From the NCBI GenBank assembly GCA_951406725.2, contig OX597819.1, positions 124,558,001 to 124,622,000 on the forward strand: a DNA stretch of 64,000 nt, read 5' to 3'. This DNA comes from Octopus vulgaris. Taxonomy: Eukaryota. The notes under the pieces were generated by a model. The model saw only the letters and a list, made by a program, of their open reading frames with translations, made no database searches and had not been told where the DNA came from. A program made the position numbers and the translations under genes. Shown here in pieces: positions 12,323 to 25,559 of this stretch. Positions within the stretch are counted from its first letter, which is position 1, and each line of letters begins with the position of its first letter.

Positions 12323-13587
12323 AGGTTATAAACATATTTTTGATAGACTGGAAGGTATCCAGCAAAATTTGATAAATAGACTTAAAATGTTTTCTCATTG
12401 GACCGAAAAAAAAACAACATAATTAGTTTCTAGTTAAACTGCTGAAATACACCTCAAAAATATTCAATCTTTTATTTTTACAACTCATCAATCTTTTTAT
12501 TTGGTGAACCCAGTTTTTAAAATTTTTACTGCTGGGTTTGTGTTTTGTTCTGGGAAATGTTTTCTAATGAATCAATAATGGACCAACATGGGAAATTTTC
12601 TGCTCGAAGTTCCTCCCTACTTTTTCTTTCTATCTCTTTTCTTTTCCCCATCTCCCTTCTTCTCTTATTATTTCCTCCCAGTTTCATCCTGTTTGACTTT
12701 CCTTTCTTAATGTCTTTTTTCCTCATTTCTACTGCTCCATTTTTTCTTCTTCCTCCCACATTTTGTTTCTTTCCCTTCTTTTTTTGCAATAAATTTCTTT
12801 TATTTTTTTGTCTTCAATATTTCTTCCCCCCTTCCCAATATTATTATTTACTTTTCAACAGTTTAGCATCATTAAAACTGATACCAGTCACACAGTAACT
12901 GATTCAATCAGCTGTAAAAATTTACCCCTCTGCTCCACCACAATCTTACAAATTCACAGATTTCTAATCAATAACCAATCAGCATTTTCAAATAATTTCT
13001 CACCCTTTTTTCCTCTGCATATCCTTCACCCTTTCTCTGTTTCCCTTTTTCTCTCTGTCTCATGCTTTTCTCTTTATCTCATCCCATCCTTTCTCCTATT
13101 CTTTTCCTATAGATTTCTTTTTTCCTTCATTCTTTTGTCATTTCTTTCTCTTTTTCACTTTTTAGTATTTCTTTCACTCTTCTTTTCCTTCCTTTTATTT
13201 TTTGCTTTCTTTTTCCAATTCTTTCTTCCATTATTTTGTTTTTCTTCTTCCTTTCTTTCTTTCCTTTCCTGCCTCTCTTTTCTCTCATCTTCCAAAGCAG
13301 GAAGTATTGTTTAACAATATTCTAGGTTTGATTTCATCAAAACATTCCCATTAAAACCTCATTATCATTGCTACCCCCAGATGATGCATCCATATAAATT
13401 TCACAGAAAATGAATTTCTATCAAAAATAATAATTGAATTTTGCCAATTAATTATGGTTAAGTTAAGCAGTTAATTGTAATTTCAGTTTGTTTTGTAATT
13501 CCAGAATTCAACAATGAATTATTTGTTTCTTATATCTTTGGTATATCATGCTAAAGTCATTATTTCTAGTTCCTGTTTGGCTCAAAA

Positions 13588-14007
13588 TACCTATTTCTTT
13601 ACTACCCACAAGGGGCTAAACACAGAGAGGACAAACAAGGACAGACAAACGGATTAAGTTGATTATATCAACCCCAGTGCATAACTGGTACTTATTTAAT
13701 CGACCCCGAAAGGATGAAAGGCAAAGTCGACCTCAGTGGAATTTGAACTCAGAACGTAGTGGCAGACGAAATACCTATTTCTTTACTACCTACAAGGGGC
13801 TAAACACAGAGAGGACAAACAAGGACAGACAAACGGATTAAGTTGATTATATCAACCCCAGTGCATAACTGGTACTTATTTAATCGACCCCGAAAGGATG
13901 AAAGGCAAAGTCGACCTCAGTGGAATTTGAACTCAGAACGTAGCGGCAGACGAAATACCGCTTAGCATTTCACCTGGCATGCTAACGTTTCTACCAGTTC
14001 GCTGCCT
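13588..14007 (-). mobile_element. SINE family B head + two tandem bodies
   Basis: ~184-bp body repeated; flanking direct repeat tttggctca(a/g)aata. Confidence 0.85.
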
Positions 14008-15249
14008 TTTGGCTCAGAATATCAAAACAATAGGAATCAATAAAATCGGTAACAGTCAAAAATTGGAGTTATATATATGTGGAAGGCACCTTATATATGT
14101 GTATCATTATCATTTTTTAATGTCTGTTTTTCATGTTGGCATGGGTTGGATGGGTTGGACAAGATTCAACACCCCAGAGGTCTACACCAAGTTTCAAAGT
14201 CTGGTTTTGTATGATTTCTACAGCTGAATGTCTTTCCAGTGCACTTTACAGAGTGCACTGGGTGTTGAGAATGATAGCAGATGTAAGAGGGTGTTAAAGA
14301 TGAGACATGGTAGTTCTGCAATGTAGCCCTGAGGAAGAGAGATAACTAGAGGGGGTGATCAGTGTAAAAAACAATGGGAAGGGATGATATTGAAAATGAG
14401 GGATGGATTTTAAAAGGGAATAGCCCAAGAGAGATGGGAGGGCAACTGGTAGTACATAAGGGATGAATTATGCGCACATACTGCTCTCATTAAAAAACTG
14501 ACACTTGGTTAGGTTTCATTTGATCCAATGAGTGGAACAGCCCCCTTGTGAAATTAACGTGTAAGTGACTGAGTACTCCATATATATACTTAACCTTAAC
14601 TTAGTTCTCAGGGAGATTCAGTGTCAGCCTGAGGCTATAGCAGAAGTCACTTGCCCAAGGTGCCACGCAGTGGGACTGAACCTGGAACCATGTGAATAGG
14701 AAAAAAGAAAGGATGAAATAAAGAGAAAAGCATGAGACAGAGAGAAAAAGGGAAACAGAGAAAGGGTGAAGGATATGCAGAGAAAAAAAGAGTGAAAAAT
14801 TATTTGAAAATGCTGATTGGTTATTGATTACAAATCTGTAAATTTGTGAAATTGTGGTGTAGCTGAGGGGTAAATTTTTACAGCAGAATGTGACAAGGCT
14901 GGCCCTTTGAAATGCAGGTACTACTCATTTTTGCTGGCTGACTGGACTGGAGCAACAAGAAATAAAGTGTCTTGCTCAAGGACTCAATGCGCTGCCAGGA
15001 ATCAAACTTGTAATATTATGATCATGAGCCAAATACCCTAACCATTGAGCCACATGCTTTCACTACTGCCCTCGTATAGTTACATCAGCTGAATAGTACA
15101 TAATTAGAACAGGACTGGAAGGATGACTGCCAGGAAGATGAGAGGTGGTGAAAGCTTGACATGAACAGATTTAATGGAGGGGTAGTGTTCAGTGAGAGTA
15201 TAGGCATAAACAAGGGTTTTAGAACCTCATTTACACTGTAACAGACAGG

Positions 15250-16610
15250 TCTTCTCAAGCACTGCCTATCACCAATGATCTCCGTCCTTTGTCATCTTCT
15301 CTGTGAGGTTCAACATCCTAAGATGAGCCTTCACTACTTCACTCCATGTCTTTCTGGGCTTCTCTCTTCCACATGTTCCATTCACTTTAATTGATTGGTA
15401 CTTTTTATACAACTGTGCTCATCCATACACATCATACGATCACACCAACGTAGTCTTCTCTTGCATATTACATCTGATTACCAGTGTCGCCTTACTGGCA
15501 CTTGTGCCCTGTGCTAGTAGGGTGCTAAGAGTACCATCAGAGCGGGATTGTTGGCAGAGCAGCCAACTGACTTCCCTGCCAGTGGCACGTAAAAGGGCAC
15601 CATTCGAGCGTGATCGTTACCAACGTCGCCTCACTGGCACCTGTGCCGGTGGCATGCATAAAAAGATTCAAGTGAGGTCATTGTCAGTACTGCCTGACTG
15701 GCCCTCGTGCCAGTGGCATGTAAAAAGCACCCACTACGCTCTTGGAGTGGTTGGCGTTAGGAAGGGCATCCAGCTGTAGAAACATTGCCAGATCTAGATT
15801 GGAGCCTGGTGCAGCCATCTGGTTTGCCAGCCCTCAGTCAAAATCATCCAAACCATGCTAGCATGGGAAGCGGATGTTAAGTGATGATGACGATTCCTAA
15901 TATACCCAATTTTTTTCTCAACACATTGCATGCTGATGTAGAACACATCCAACAGAGCCCATGTCTCACTACCATGTAGCATTGCTGTTTATACAGAAGA
16001 AGCTTTATACAATCTGCCATTCACTCTGAGACCTTCAATTACCAACACATGTAATATCTCTCTGAACTCTCTACATCCTGTTCTTATTCTGCCAACTACA
16101 CTTTCAGAATATTCTCCTGTGCTGCTAATTAAATCACCTTGATAATAGAAAACGTCTACTACTCTGAAGGAACCTCCTAGGTATATGAGAAAATCTATTT
16201 CTTATGGTCTCTTAGCATTTATTCCTCATGCACATTCTATCACAAACAAAATCTACTTTCTCCATTAACCTTCCTGTGATTCCACTGTACTCCTTGTGTC
16301 TCCATAACTTGCACTGGGTACACTGTATAGAATTTCTACATACATCTTTCCTACATATTGAGCAGGGCTATCTTCTTGAAGAGAGTAGAATCCTGTTGGG
16401 TTTTTCTACTTGTTCTTTGTTAAGGCTCTTTAATTCTATATTTTGTTTCCTCACCTGGAATTTCTTTTTTAATTCTACTGCAGATTCCACTATAAGAATA
16501 GAGTCATCAGCATATAGTAGCTCCTAAGTGCAACTGGTCTTAAATTCCTGTTATGGCTTGGGGGACTATGATGAATAGGAAGAAGCTGGGAACTGAGCCT
16601 TGATGAACAT
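15250..16610 (-). pseudogene. Decayed RTE-type reverse transcriptase fragment with PHD-like Cys/His segment, interrupted by a LINE tail (15478-15892)
   Basis: Minus-strand remnants: ELLYADDS (RT YADD), CSICRKDVCRNSIQCTQCKLW, AMLHGSETW. Confidence 0.7.
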
Positions 16611-16674
16611 TCTAAACACTAAATTTGTTGCTGTCCTCACTAATTCTTATCTTACTCACATCCACTGTACATTT

Positions 16675-17431
16675 CAACTGGACAGTTCAACCGGGGTCTG
16701 GAAAGCCAGGAGGCCGCACCAGGCTCCAATCTTGATCTGGCAGTGTTTCTACAGCTGGATGCCCTTCCTAACACCAACCACTCTGTGAGTGTAGTGGGTG
16801 TTGTTTACATGCCACCGGCACAGGTGCCAGGCGAGGCTTGCAACTGCCACGATCGGTTTGTGCTTTTTACGTGCCACTGGCACGGAGGCCAGCCAAGGCG
16901 GTGCTGGCAACGGCCACGTTCGGATGGTTCTTTTACGTGCCACCAGCACTGGTATCACAACTGCAATTTTCATTGATTTTTGATCGATTTCGATTTCACT
17001 TGCCTCAACAGGTCTTTGCAAGTAGAGTTTTGTGTCCCAAGAAGGAAAGGTATGCATAAGTGGACTGGCTACATCCCAGGTAGAGGCCACGGGTTATGGT
17101 CTCACTTGTCCTGCTGGGTTTTCTCACACACAGCATACTTCCAAATGTCTCGGTAACTAGTCATTGCCTCGGTGAGACCTAATGTTCGAAGGTCATGCTT
17201 CACCACCTCGTCCCAGGTTTTCCTGGGTTTACCTCTTACACAGGTTCCCTCAACTGCTACGGTGTGGTACTTTTTCACACAGCCGTCCTCATCCATTCTC
17301 GCCACATGACCATACCAGCGCAAACGTCTCTCTTGCACACCACAACTGATGCTTCTTAGGTCCAACCTTTCTCTCAAGGTACTTACACTGTGTCGAGTAT
17401 GAACACTGCCATTACACATCCATCGGAGCAT
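16675..17431 (-). mobile_element. RTE-LINE 3' fragment
   Basis: ORF 17102-17431 RRLRWYGHVARM...RGKPRKTW followed by the family 3' UTR. Confidence 0.85.
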
Positions 17432-20108
17432 GCTAATAACATTAAATGTTAATTAGAAACTGCTTTTCTTTGTACACTTAAAGGAGGAGGAGGATTGTTT
17501 AAATTTTGTTAAGTACTTGAAGCATTTGGCAGTTCTCAGTTCTCATCTTTAAATTTAAGTTAAACGAAAGAGAAGGTTTGTATTTTCATGGTTAACATCT
17601 GCTTACGAAGCTTGCCAATTTAGCAGCTTCAATGAAAAAAAACTTATAAGTATTTTTTGTTTTTATGGTTAAACAGTAGCGAATGGGGATCTAGATGAAA
17701 GAGGATATTTTTAAGGATGGGAAACAATGTGACTGAATAAGGAGGTGGGTTTTGAAGAATTCTTATTCTAACATTGTGACACTTTCATCAACAAATTCTA
17801 TTAACAGTGAGTATTTAGATCAGACGTTAATTAGGCACATAAAAGAATATAGTGGTCTCTAGAGGTAGCTTCAATACTATACAGGATCATCTTGCATCTG
17901 TTCCGCTTTCATTACAATTAAGTGAAAATACTGTAAGACAGTGTATGAGATGAGGAATTTTGCAGATGATCAGAGCAATGATGAGATAAAAATTTTTCAT
18001 CTGTTATCTCTTACGTGATTTTGAGAGTTTTATTTTATTATATTTATGAATGTGTAGGGTTTTTTTCTAATAGTAATTTCTCTACTGGGATTGTTGATGG
18101 AGTAGTGTAATTATAACAGCAGCTGAGGCTGTACCACCACCACAACCACCACCACCACCACCACCACCAGACCACCACCACCACCACCACCACCACCACC
18201 ACCACCACCACTACCACCACTACTACAACTACCATAATCATTATCGTTTTACATCTGTTTTCCATGATGACATAGGATGGATAGATGATTACTATCTGAG
18301 CCAGTTTTTATTTGGAATTGCAGTTCTAGATAGGTTGGGGCATCATGTTTCACTTATAAGTTCAAGTTTGACCTGGTTCCTGCGGCTAGATGTCCTTCCT
18401 TGCATCAACCACTTTACACAGGGTATCGAGGTTATAATTCTATTGTGACTGCAGTACTGGAGAAGTTGACATCATCATCATCATCGTTTAACATCCGCTT
18501 TCCATGCTAGCATGGGTTGGACGGTTTGACTGAGGGCTGGCAAACCAGATGGCTGCACCAAGCTCCAGTCTTGATCTGGCAGAGTTTCTACAGCTGGATG
18601 CCCTTCATCATCATCATCACCATCATCGTTTAGCATTTGCTTTCCATGCTAGCATGGGTTGCACCGTTCAACTGGGGTCAGGGAAGCCAGGAGGCTGCAC
18701 CAGGCCCAGTCTGATCTGGCAATGTTTCTACGGCTGAATGCCCTTCCTAATGCCAACCACTCCGCGAGTGTAGTGGGTGCTTTTTACGTGCCACCGGCAC
18801 AGGTGCCAGACAAGGCTGGCAAACGGCCACGATCGGATGGTGATTTTTACGTGCCACTGGCACGGTGGCCAGGTGAGGCTGGCAATGGCCACGTTCGGAT
18901 GGTTCTCTTACGTGCCCCCGGCACTGGTATCACAGCTACAATTTCCATTGATGTTGATCGATTTTGATTTTGATTCTGATTTCTGTTCCTAAATCCAAAT
19001 AAGATGCATGCAGCATAAATAACATGTAACACTGTTACTGCATATTGTAAAATGTGAACAGGATAAATGTTCGAACGGTTCATAAATAGTTATTTAGTTC
19101 TAGAGTGCTTCTTCCTTCGATATTGACCCCATAGTGGGGTTGAGCTCTGACAGCGATATGACAAATTACATCTGACTTTCTTGGAGGCTTGGCTGGGACT
19201 GATTAAAATTTTCCCACAACTTTGTAATAGGTGGCAGTGTGTATCTGTGCGCAGAGTAAAGCAGTTGGCTGTACTAACCAAATCACGCATAGATGGATAA
19301 CAGTTCTGCCATATGGGAAATAGTGCTTCTGCAGAGTTGTTGGCAATAGGAAGAGCATCCACAACAATTTGAAAAACCCACTCTGCTACAAATTTTTGGT
19401 GCCATACCTAACTGATGTAAGCAAGAAAAATGCTTACTCCCAAAGGTGAAGTATGGGTAAATATTAGAAACGAATAAAGAAGAGGAATGGTTTAAGTAAG
19501 GCCTTTTCACATGCAACATTAAATTATGAAATCTGTTGAATGCTGGTGAGTTGAAAAAGTGATTCAGTATCAAGAATTTTGATCAGATCGATGTACACAG
19601 GAGAGACGAGTGGATGATAGGTTCTGTGAAGGTTGACAGAGGGCTATGTGTTTTATAAGAAATATACCTTTCTTTTGTGAATTTAATCAGCTATAGGTAT
19701 TAGTTCTTAGTTTCATTTCATTTTCATTCTTATTGCTTTTTGGAAGCTTGTTTACATAGCTAAATGGAAGAAGTGGTTATAAGGGAGAATGTTAGGTCTC
19801 CCAGGTGATACATAAAACAGATACAATTTTATAAATTTACTGAAGCACAGCTTCAGTAATTTTACTACACTCTCGGAGTGGTTGGTGTTAGGAAGGGCAT
19901 CCAGCTGTAGAAACACTGCCAAATCAGACTGGGCCTGGTGTAGCCTCCTGGCTTCCCAGACCCCAGTTGAACCGTCCAACCCATGCCAGCAGGGAAAGTG
20001 GATGTTAAACGATGATGATGATGATGATGATGTGCCAATATAGAAAAGTCCTCTTCACATTAAAACAATGATGACAACGATAGACTGCCATTGATAATAA
20101 TAATAATG

Positions 20109-20157
<49 letters not shown>

Positions 20158-20314
20158 TATTGATAGTGATTATTTGCTGAGGTACAAAAGTGAGGTTATA
20201 AAAAAGTCTGTGGAATTCTGAAATTAATTCTATATAAGACTTGTCAGTTATTTAGAACGTAAGTGAAATAATTTTAAGGTTGTGAACATTGTAAACATTT
20301 CAGATCAAGTTTAA

Positions 20315-20770
20315 CCCTTTCGTTACTGTATTTATTTTGAGATGCTCTGTGTTTCTTTCAATTACTTGAAATATAACAAAGAATTTAGTAAAATAACTTT
20401 GTTATCGTTCAGCTAGTGTTGGGAGCATATAATGTGACTAAGGTTTGGTGGAAGATTTTAGTTCAGAACTTATGAAAACAAGACATTTGTACTACAGAAC
20501 CAGAGTCAGTTTCAGCCGAGTTGGTATCAAAAGGGTTAAGAATTGTTTCTCTATTATATATTTTCACACTTTTGTTAACATATTTCTGTTGAGACGCTGT
20601 GTTTTTTTTCATTTAATTTTAAATATAACACAGAATTCAGTAAAATAACTTAGGAACATAAATTGTGACTAAGGTTTTGGTGGAAGGTTTTAATTCAAAA
20701 CTATTGAAAACAAGACATTTGTACTCAAAACCAAAGCCGGTTCCAGCTGGGTTGGTAACAAAAGGGTTAA
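20315..20770. mobile_element. piggyBac-like MITE (20315-20535) plus a tandem partial copy
   Basis: TTAA|ccctttcgttac ... ggtatcaaaaggg|TTAA. Confidence 0.7.
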
Positions 20771-23700
20771 AGAATTGTTTTGTTGGTGGCAATTCTTCAC
20801 TGTGTTTTATTCTATCTATTTTCACCAAAAAGACTTCTTTTAACACAACAATACCATCTAGTTTGTTATTCTAAGAATTTGAGGTTTGCTATGATGAAAT
20901 TGAAACTTCCTTTACAATTTGTCATTTGGGCTTTTTAGCTTCTACTTAAGGCACTCAATTATTTACAAAGTTCCTTTTGCGTAGGTATTGTTGTTTGCGT
21001 GCATGTATCCTTATACGTTGCATGTATTTGTGGGAATTCACACTTATGTATTTGTACTTGTATGTGTGTGGATGTGGTTGTTTATGCTTGTCGGCATAGA
21101 CACACACAACACGTGTATTACTGTGCTAACATGTGTATTTCTGTGCTAACATGTGTATGCTTTGCATACACATATCAACACACAAACAGACACATATGTA
21201 TGTACATGTACCTGTGTATGTGTGTGTGTGTGTGTGTTTGTGTGTGTGTGTTTGTGTGTGTGTGTGTTTGTATATGTGTTAAATAAGTATTGGAATATGC
21301 GTGTGTATATGACGTACTTCTGTCTGTATGTGCGTATATATGTTTGGGTATGTATATATTATGTGTATATTTTGTTGCTGTTTCTGTTGACTTTGTTGTG
21401 TAAATGAAAAGCATTTCTCTTTTAAGTCCGAAGCTTTTGTATTGAAAAATATGTATGATGGTTTGGTAGGAAATGAAAAAATAGAGAGAGGACAACAGTT
21501 TTACTGTAGCCATTGAATGTGTTTACTATTCCTGGGATAAAAGAGGCGAAAAAATACATTAGCATCATGTGAGAGAAAGAATTCAAATAATGAATAACGT
21601 CCCTGTACACTTAGCATTTGCTGATTGATATTTCAAAGACTTTCCCATTAACGCATACTCCGTCACTTTTTATTCTATCAAAAATTATGTAGAGTGAAGT
21701 GGATAGGCACACACTTTAGCTATTGTTGCTTTAGTTATATATCTAGCTATATAGACCCTAACTCAGCTCCGATCAAAGACATCCATTCTAGCTGTAATCA
21801 TCATCATCATCATCATCATCATTCATTTAACGTCTGCTTTCCATGCTAGCATGGGTTGGACGATTTGACTGAGGGCTGGCGAACCAGATGGCTGCACCAG
21901 GCTTCAATCTTGATCTGGCAGAGTTTCTACAGCTGGATGCCCTTCCTAACACCAACCACTCCGAAAGCGTAGTGGGTGCCTTTACGTGCCACCGGCACGG
22001 GGCCAGCCATGCGGCACGGGCAACGACCTTGCTCGAATCTTTTACACATGCCACTGGTGCGGGTGCCAGTAAGACGACATTGGTAACGATCACGCTCGAA
22101 TGGTGTCTTTTACGTGCCGCCGGCACGGAAGCCAGATGGCCACTCTTGCAACGATCATGCTCGGATGGTGCTCTTAATAGCCTACTAGCACGGGGCTCTT
22201 TTTCAAACAAGGTTTTTTAAAACTATGTCATCTGATGTGTGCTTATTTCCAAAACAATATAATATAATTTTGAAGATGATTTGGTTATCATTTCTAGCAG
22301 GCTGAAAGGATAAGTAGGGATCTTTCACGGTGCATCTGTGGGAAGTTGCTGGAGGATGCGAAGAAGATGAAGTATTTTGGGAGGAATTACAACCGTGTTT
22401 CGTGGTCTGCTACCACAACAGCTCATTTATAGGATCCAGTTAGCTCAAGACATCATCAGGAGGAACCACGTCCGGTTTCGGCCCCTACTCCTCTACCGTT
22501 TTGATGTGGCACCGCCCCCCCCCTTCGGAGATGTCTTCAGCTCTGGTGTTGGGTGCATGTCTTCTTTCTTCTTCTTTCTTCTGTTCCCTGGCCTCTTCGA
22601 TGTAGCGTATAATTTGAAGATGATTTGGTTATCATTTCTAGCAGGTTGAATGGATAAGTAGGGATCTTTCACGGTGCATCTGTGGGAAGTTGCCTGAGGA
22701 TGCGAAGAAGATGAAGTATTTTTGTAGTGTATTACGTTTTAGTTGTTATTATTTTTCCTAAAAATTAAGGGGCCACAATGCTATGTTAATTACGTATTTC
22801 TGTTTACTTTGTTCATATTTTCTCAATGGAACTTTTTTCTTTATTATTGTTATTACTATTAGTTATGGGTAACTGAACTGGCTGAGCACCAAGCTTAACA
22901 TGATGCATTATGTAGTTACATTTCTCTAATTCAAATTCTAGAAATTTGCCTCCAGAGTTCGGTGGCACGTAAGAAGCACCCACTACACTCTCGGAGTGGT
23001 TGGCGTTAGGAAGGGCATCCAGCTGTAGAAACTCTGCCAAATCAAGATTGGAGCTTGGTGCAGCCATCTGGTTTGCCAGCCCCCAATCAAAATCGTCCAA
23101 CCCATGCTAGCATGGGAGGCGGACGTTAAACGATGATGATGATGAATACCAACCATGTTCTATACTCCTCTATAATTTATGATTTTGTACATCATCTTTT
23201 AACACCTATCTATTTCTTTATTACCCACCAGGGGCTAAGCATAGAGGGGACAAACAAGGACAGATAAAGGGATTAAGTCGATCACATGACCCCCAGTGCG
23301 TAACTGGTACTTATATTTAATTGACCCCGAAAGGATGAAAGGCAAAGTTGACCTTGGTGGAATTTGAACTCAGAACGTAACGGCAGATGAAATACAGCTA
23401 CGCATTTCGCCCGGCGTGCTCATGATTTTGCCAGCTCGCTGCTTTCTTCACCTGGCAGTTTGGCATTTATAAGCAGCCATCTTCCCTGTTTCCTGGCAAG
23501 AATGTAGTCAATCTGACTAGTGTGCCCATTGGACTTATTTGGTGAACAGGTGACTGGCGGCAAGCTGGCAGAAACGTTAGCACGCTGGGTGAAATGCGTA
23601 GCTGTATTTTGTCTGCCGTTGCATTCTGAGTTCAAATTCCGCCGAGGTCAACTTTGCACTTTCATCCTTTCGGGGTCAATAAATTAAGTACCAGTTACGC

Positions 23701-24155
23701 ACTGGGTCGATATAATCGACTTAATCCGTTTGTCTGTCTTTGTTTGTCCCCTCTGTATTTAGCCCCTTGTGGGCAATAAAGAAATAGGTGACTGGCGGCT
23801 TTCCTGAAGTTAGTATTACAGATCATAAGCTCATTTGCATAATAAAACTCCAGTTGCCTGGTTCCCTCTTCATTGTGTAAACCAAATCCGTTGCTACCAT
23901 TGATGAATTACTGATGAAGAACATGCAAATAACCTTTATTTGTATTGTGAGTAAGAATAAGTGTATTTATACATCTGAAATAGTTTCTGTTTATAACATG
24001 AACTTTGAGATGAAGTTTCTAACATCTAACTCTACATTCAGACTCCTCACAAAACTAAATCCAAAGAACTATAAGTAATGTATATATATTAATGAAAATT
24101 GCTTTTCTTTTAGGCTTATTAATAAAATTTATGTGTTTCATATCTTTTATTTTAG

Positions 24156-24234
24156 GTATGTGTTTGACCGATATTTTTACCAAGATTCTGATCTCCCTTC
24201 TTCTCTAAAATTTCCAAAATTATTAAAATTCAAG
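24156..24234 (+). CDS. JmjC-TPR gene exon, (L)YVFDRYFYQDSDLPSSLKFPKLLKFK
   Basis: ttttattttAG acceptor and GTAAAT donor; 79 nt. Completes the phase-2 codon to give the JmjC-typical 'EPLYVFD' and ends in phase 0. Confidence 0.85.
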
Positions 24235-24358
24235 GTAAATTTTTATCTTTCTTTTTTTATGTTTACAATTTGATTCCCCTGTTGGAATATTGCAGTTGAG
24301 TTAGTTGATAGGTTCTGAACTGCCAAAACCCTGAAGCTCACTCACTTGACCAGGCATC

Positions 24359-24732
24359 TCTATATAATATAAACAGCAAAATGTCTGTGTGTGTGTGTGT
24401 GTGTATCCTTTATACAAATCCACAATTTTTCAGTTAGAGGGCTCACACTTTCTATGGTCATTCAAAACCGCCCAAGGGTGGTCGTGCACATCTTTACATT
24501 TCCCCAGTCACCCTGCAAAGCCATTAAAAAATCAATAGAAGTGACTTTTTTGTGAATTTTCTATCCAAAACCCAATCAAAATGCCTGAAACTTGATACGC
24601 CAATTGAATGCCAGCTAGCTGTATGTGATTGGTCAGAGATTTGGACAGTACTCGCGTGTATGTGCACACGCACACAGCTATATATGCATGCACTAGCACT
24701 ATGATCCGGTGTTGCCAGGTCATAGTGCTAGT
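24359..24732 (+). mobile_element. Non-autonomous Helitron-like element (partial inverted copy at ~63898-64000)
   Basis: 5' TCtatataatataa, internal (TG)n, and 3' hairpin ccggtgttgccagg + CTAG-T. Confidence 0.6.
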
Positions 24733-24739
24733 GTATGAT

Positions 24740-25458
24740 AAACTCTGTTATATACAAGACTGAAATTACAGTAATGCTCCAAAACAAATGAATTGAAAAG
24801 AAGAATTACATCGGGTTATGTGAGAGCAAATTCAGGACAAATTATGCAAACCACCTGTCTTCTTTCTGACACATCAATAAAATTAATGCAACTAAGTTGG
24901 TTAGCCATGTATGGAATTTGAAGAGCAGCTCCACACCACATACAATTAAGTGGAGAATAGTGGAGAAATCTAAGCCATATGTTAATGGATCTAAGAAATG
25001 CAACTTATGTGTAGCAGAAAGATCTCATATTCTTTCTCGATCCAGCAATTCCAACACACTGCTTAATTTGAGATCTGAAATTTTTAGCAGGTGTAGACAT
25101 ATGGACAAGTTTCTTCTATCAAACTGGAGGGCATCATTTGCTCTGGATTGAGTTGCTGTCTTGCAGACTTTGACATATTTTCTGTTATTTTGTTCTAAAC
25201 CAGTTGTATCTAATGAGCTTTCTGCAATCAGGATCTTAGCTTTGTTGATTTTGTTTCTTTTTTCTTATTCTATTTTTTGCATCAACTTTCTTCATGTTTT
25301 TTCCATGGTTTTTTTTTGTTACTGTCCTGCATTCTTGTTTTTAAAATATCATAAAGTATGAAACTATTAGTAACTCTTTTGGTTGCATTTTAAATGAATA
25401 TTTATGTCTTACTGGATGGAGTACTTTGTTTATTGATTCTACCTCTACTGGATCTTTA

Positions 25459-25460
<2 letters not shown>
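24740..25460 (+). pseudogene. Penelope-like element 3' fragment: GIY-YIG endonuclease and 3' terminus
   Basis: VIYK...YIGLCE...NH...KW.I...KCNLC..E...LLN.RSE....CRH with in-frame stops; ends at (TA)n. Confidence 0.8.
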
Positions 25461-25503
<43 letters not shown>

Positions 25504-25559
25504 CACACACACACACATAGATTAAGTATATGATATAAGTTACAGAATGAAGTTTGACA

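Noticed and set aside
12526-13314. Hydrophobic F/L/S-rich 'membrane protein' ORFs (also 9193-9612)
   Set aside because: They come from pyrimidine-rich low-complexity DNA.
23905-24085. CTGATGA upstream of exon 24156 as a hammerhead
   Set aside because: I could not find a correctly placed GAAA, stem III and cleavage triplet.
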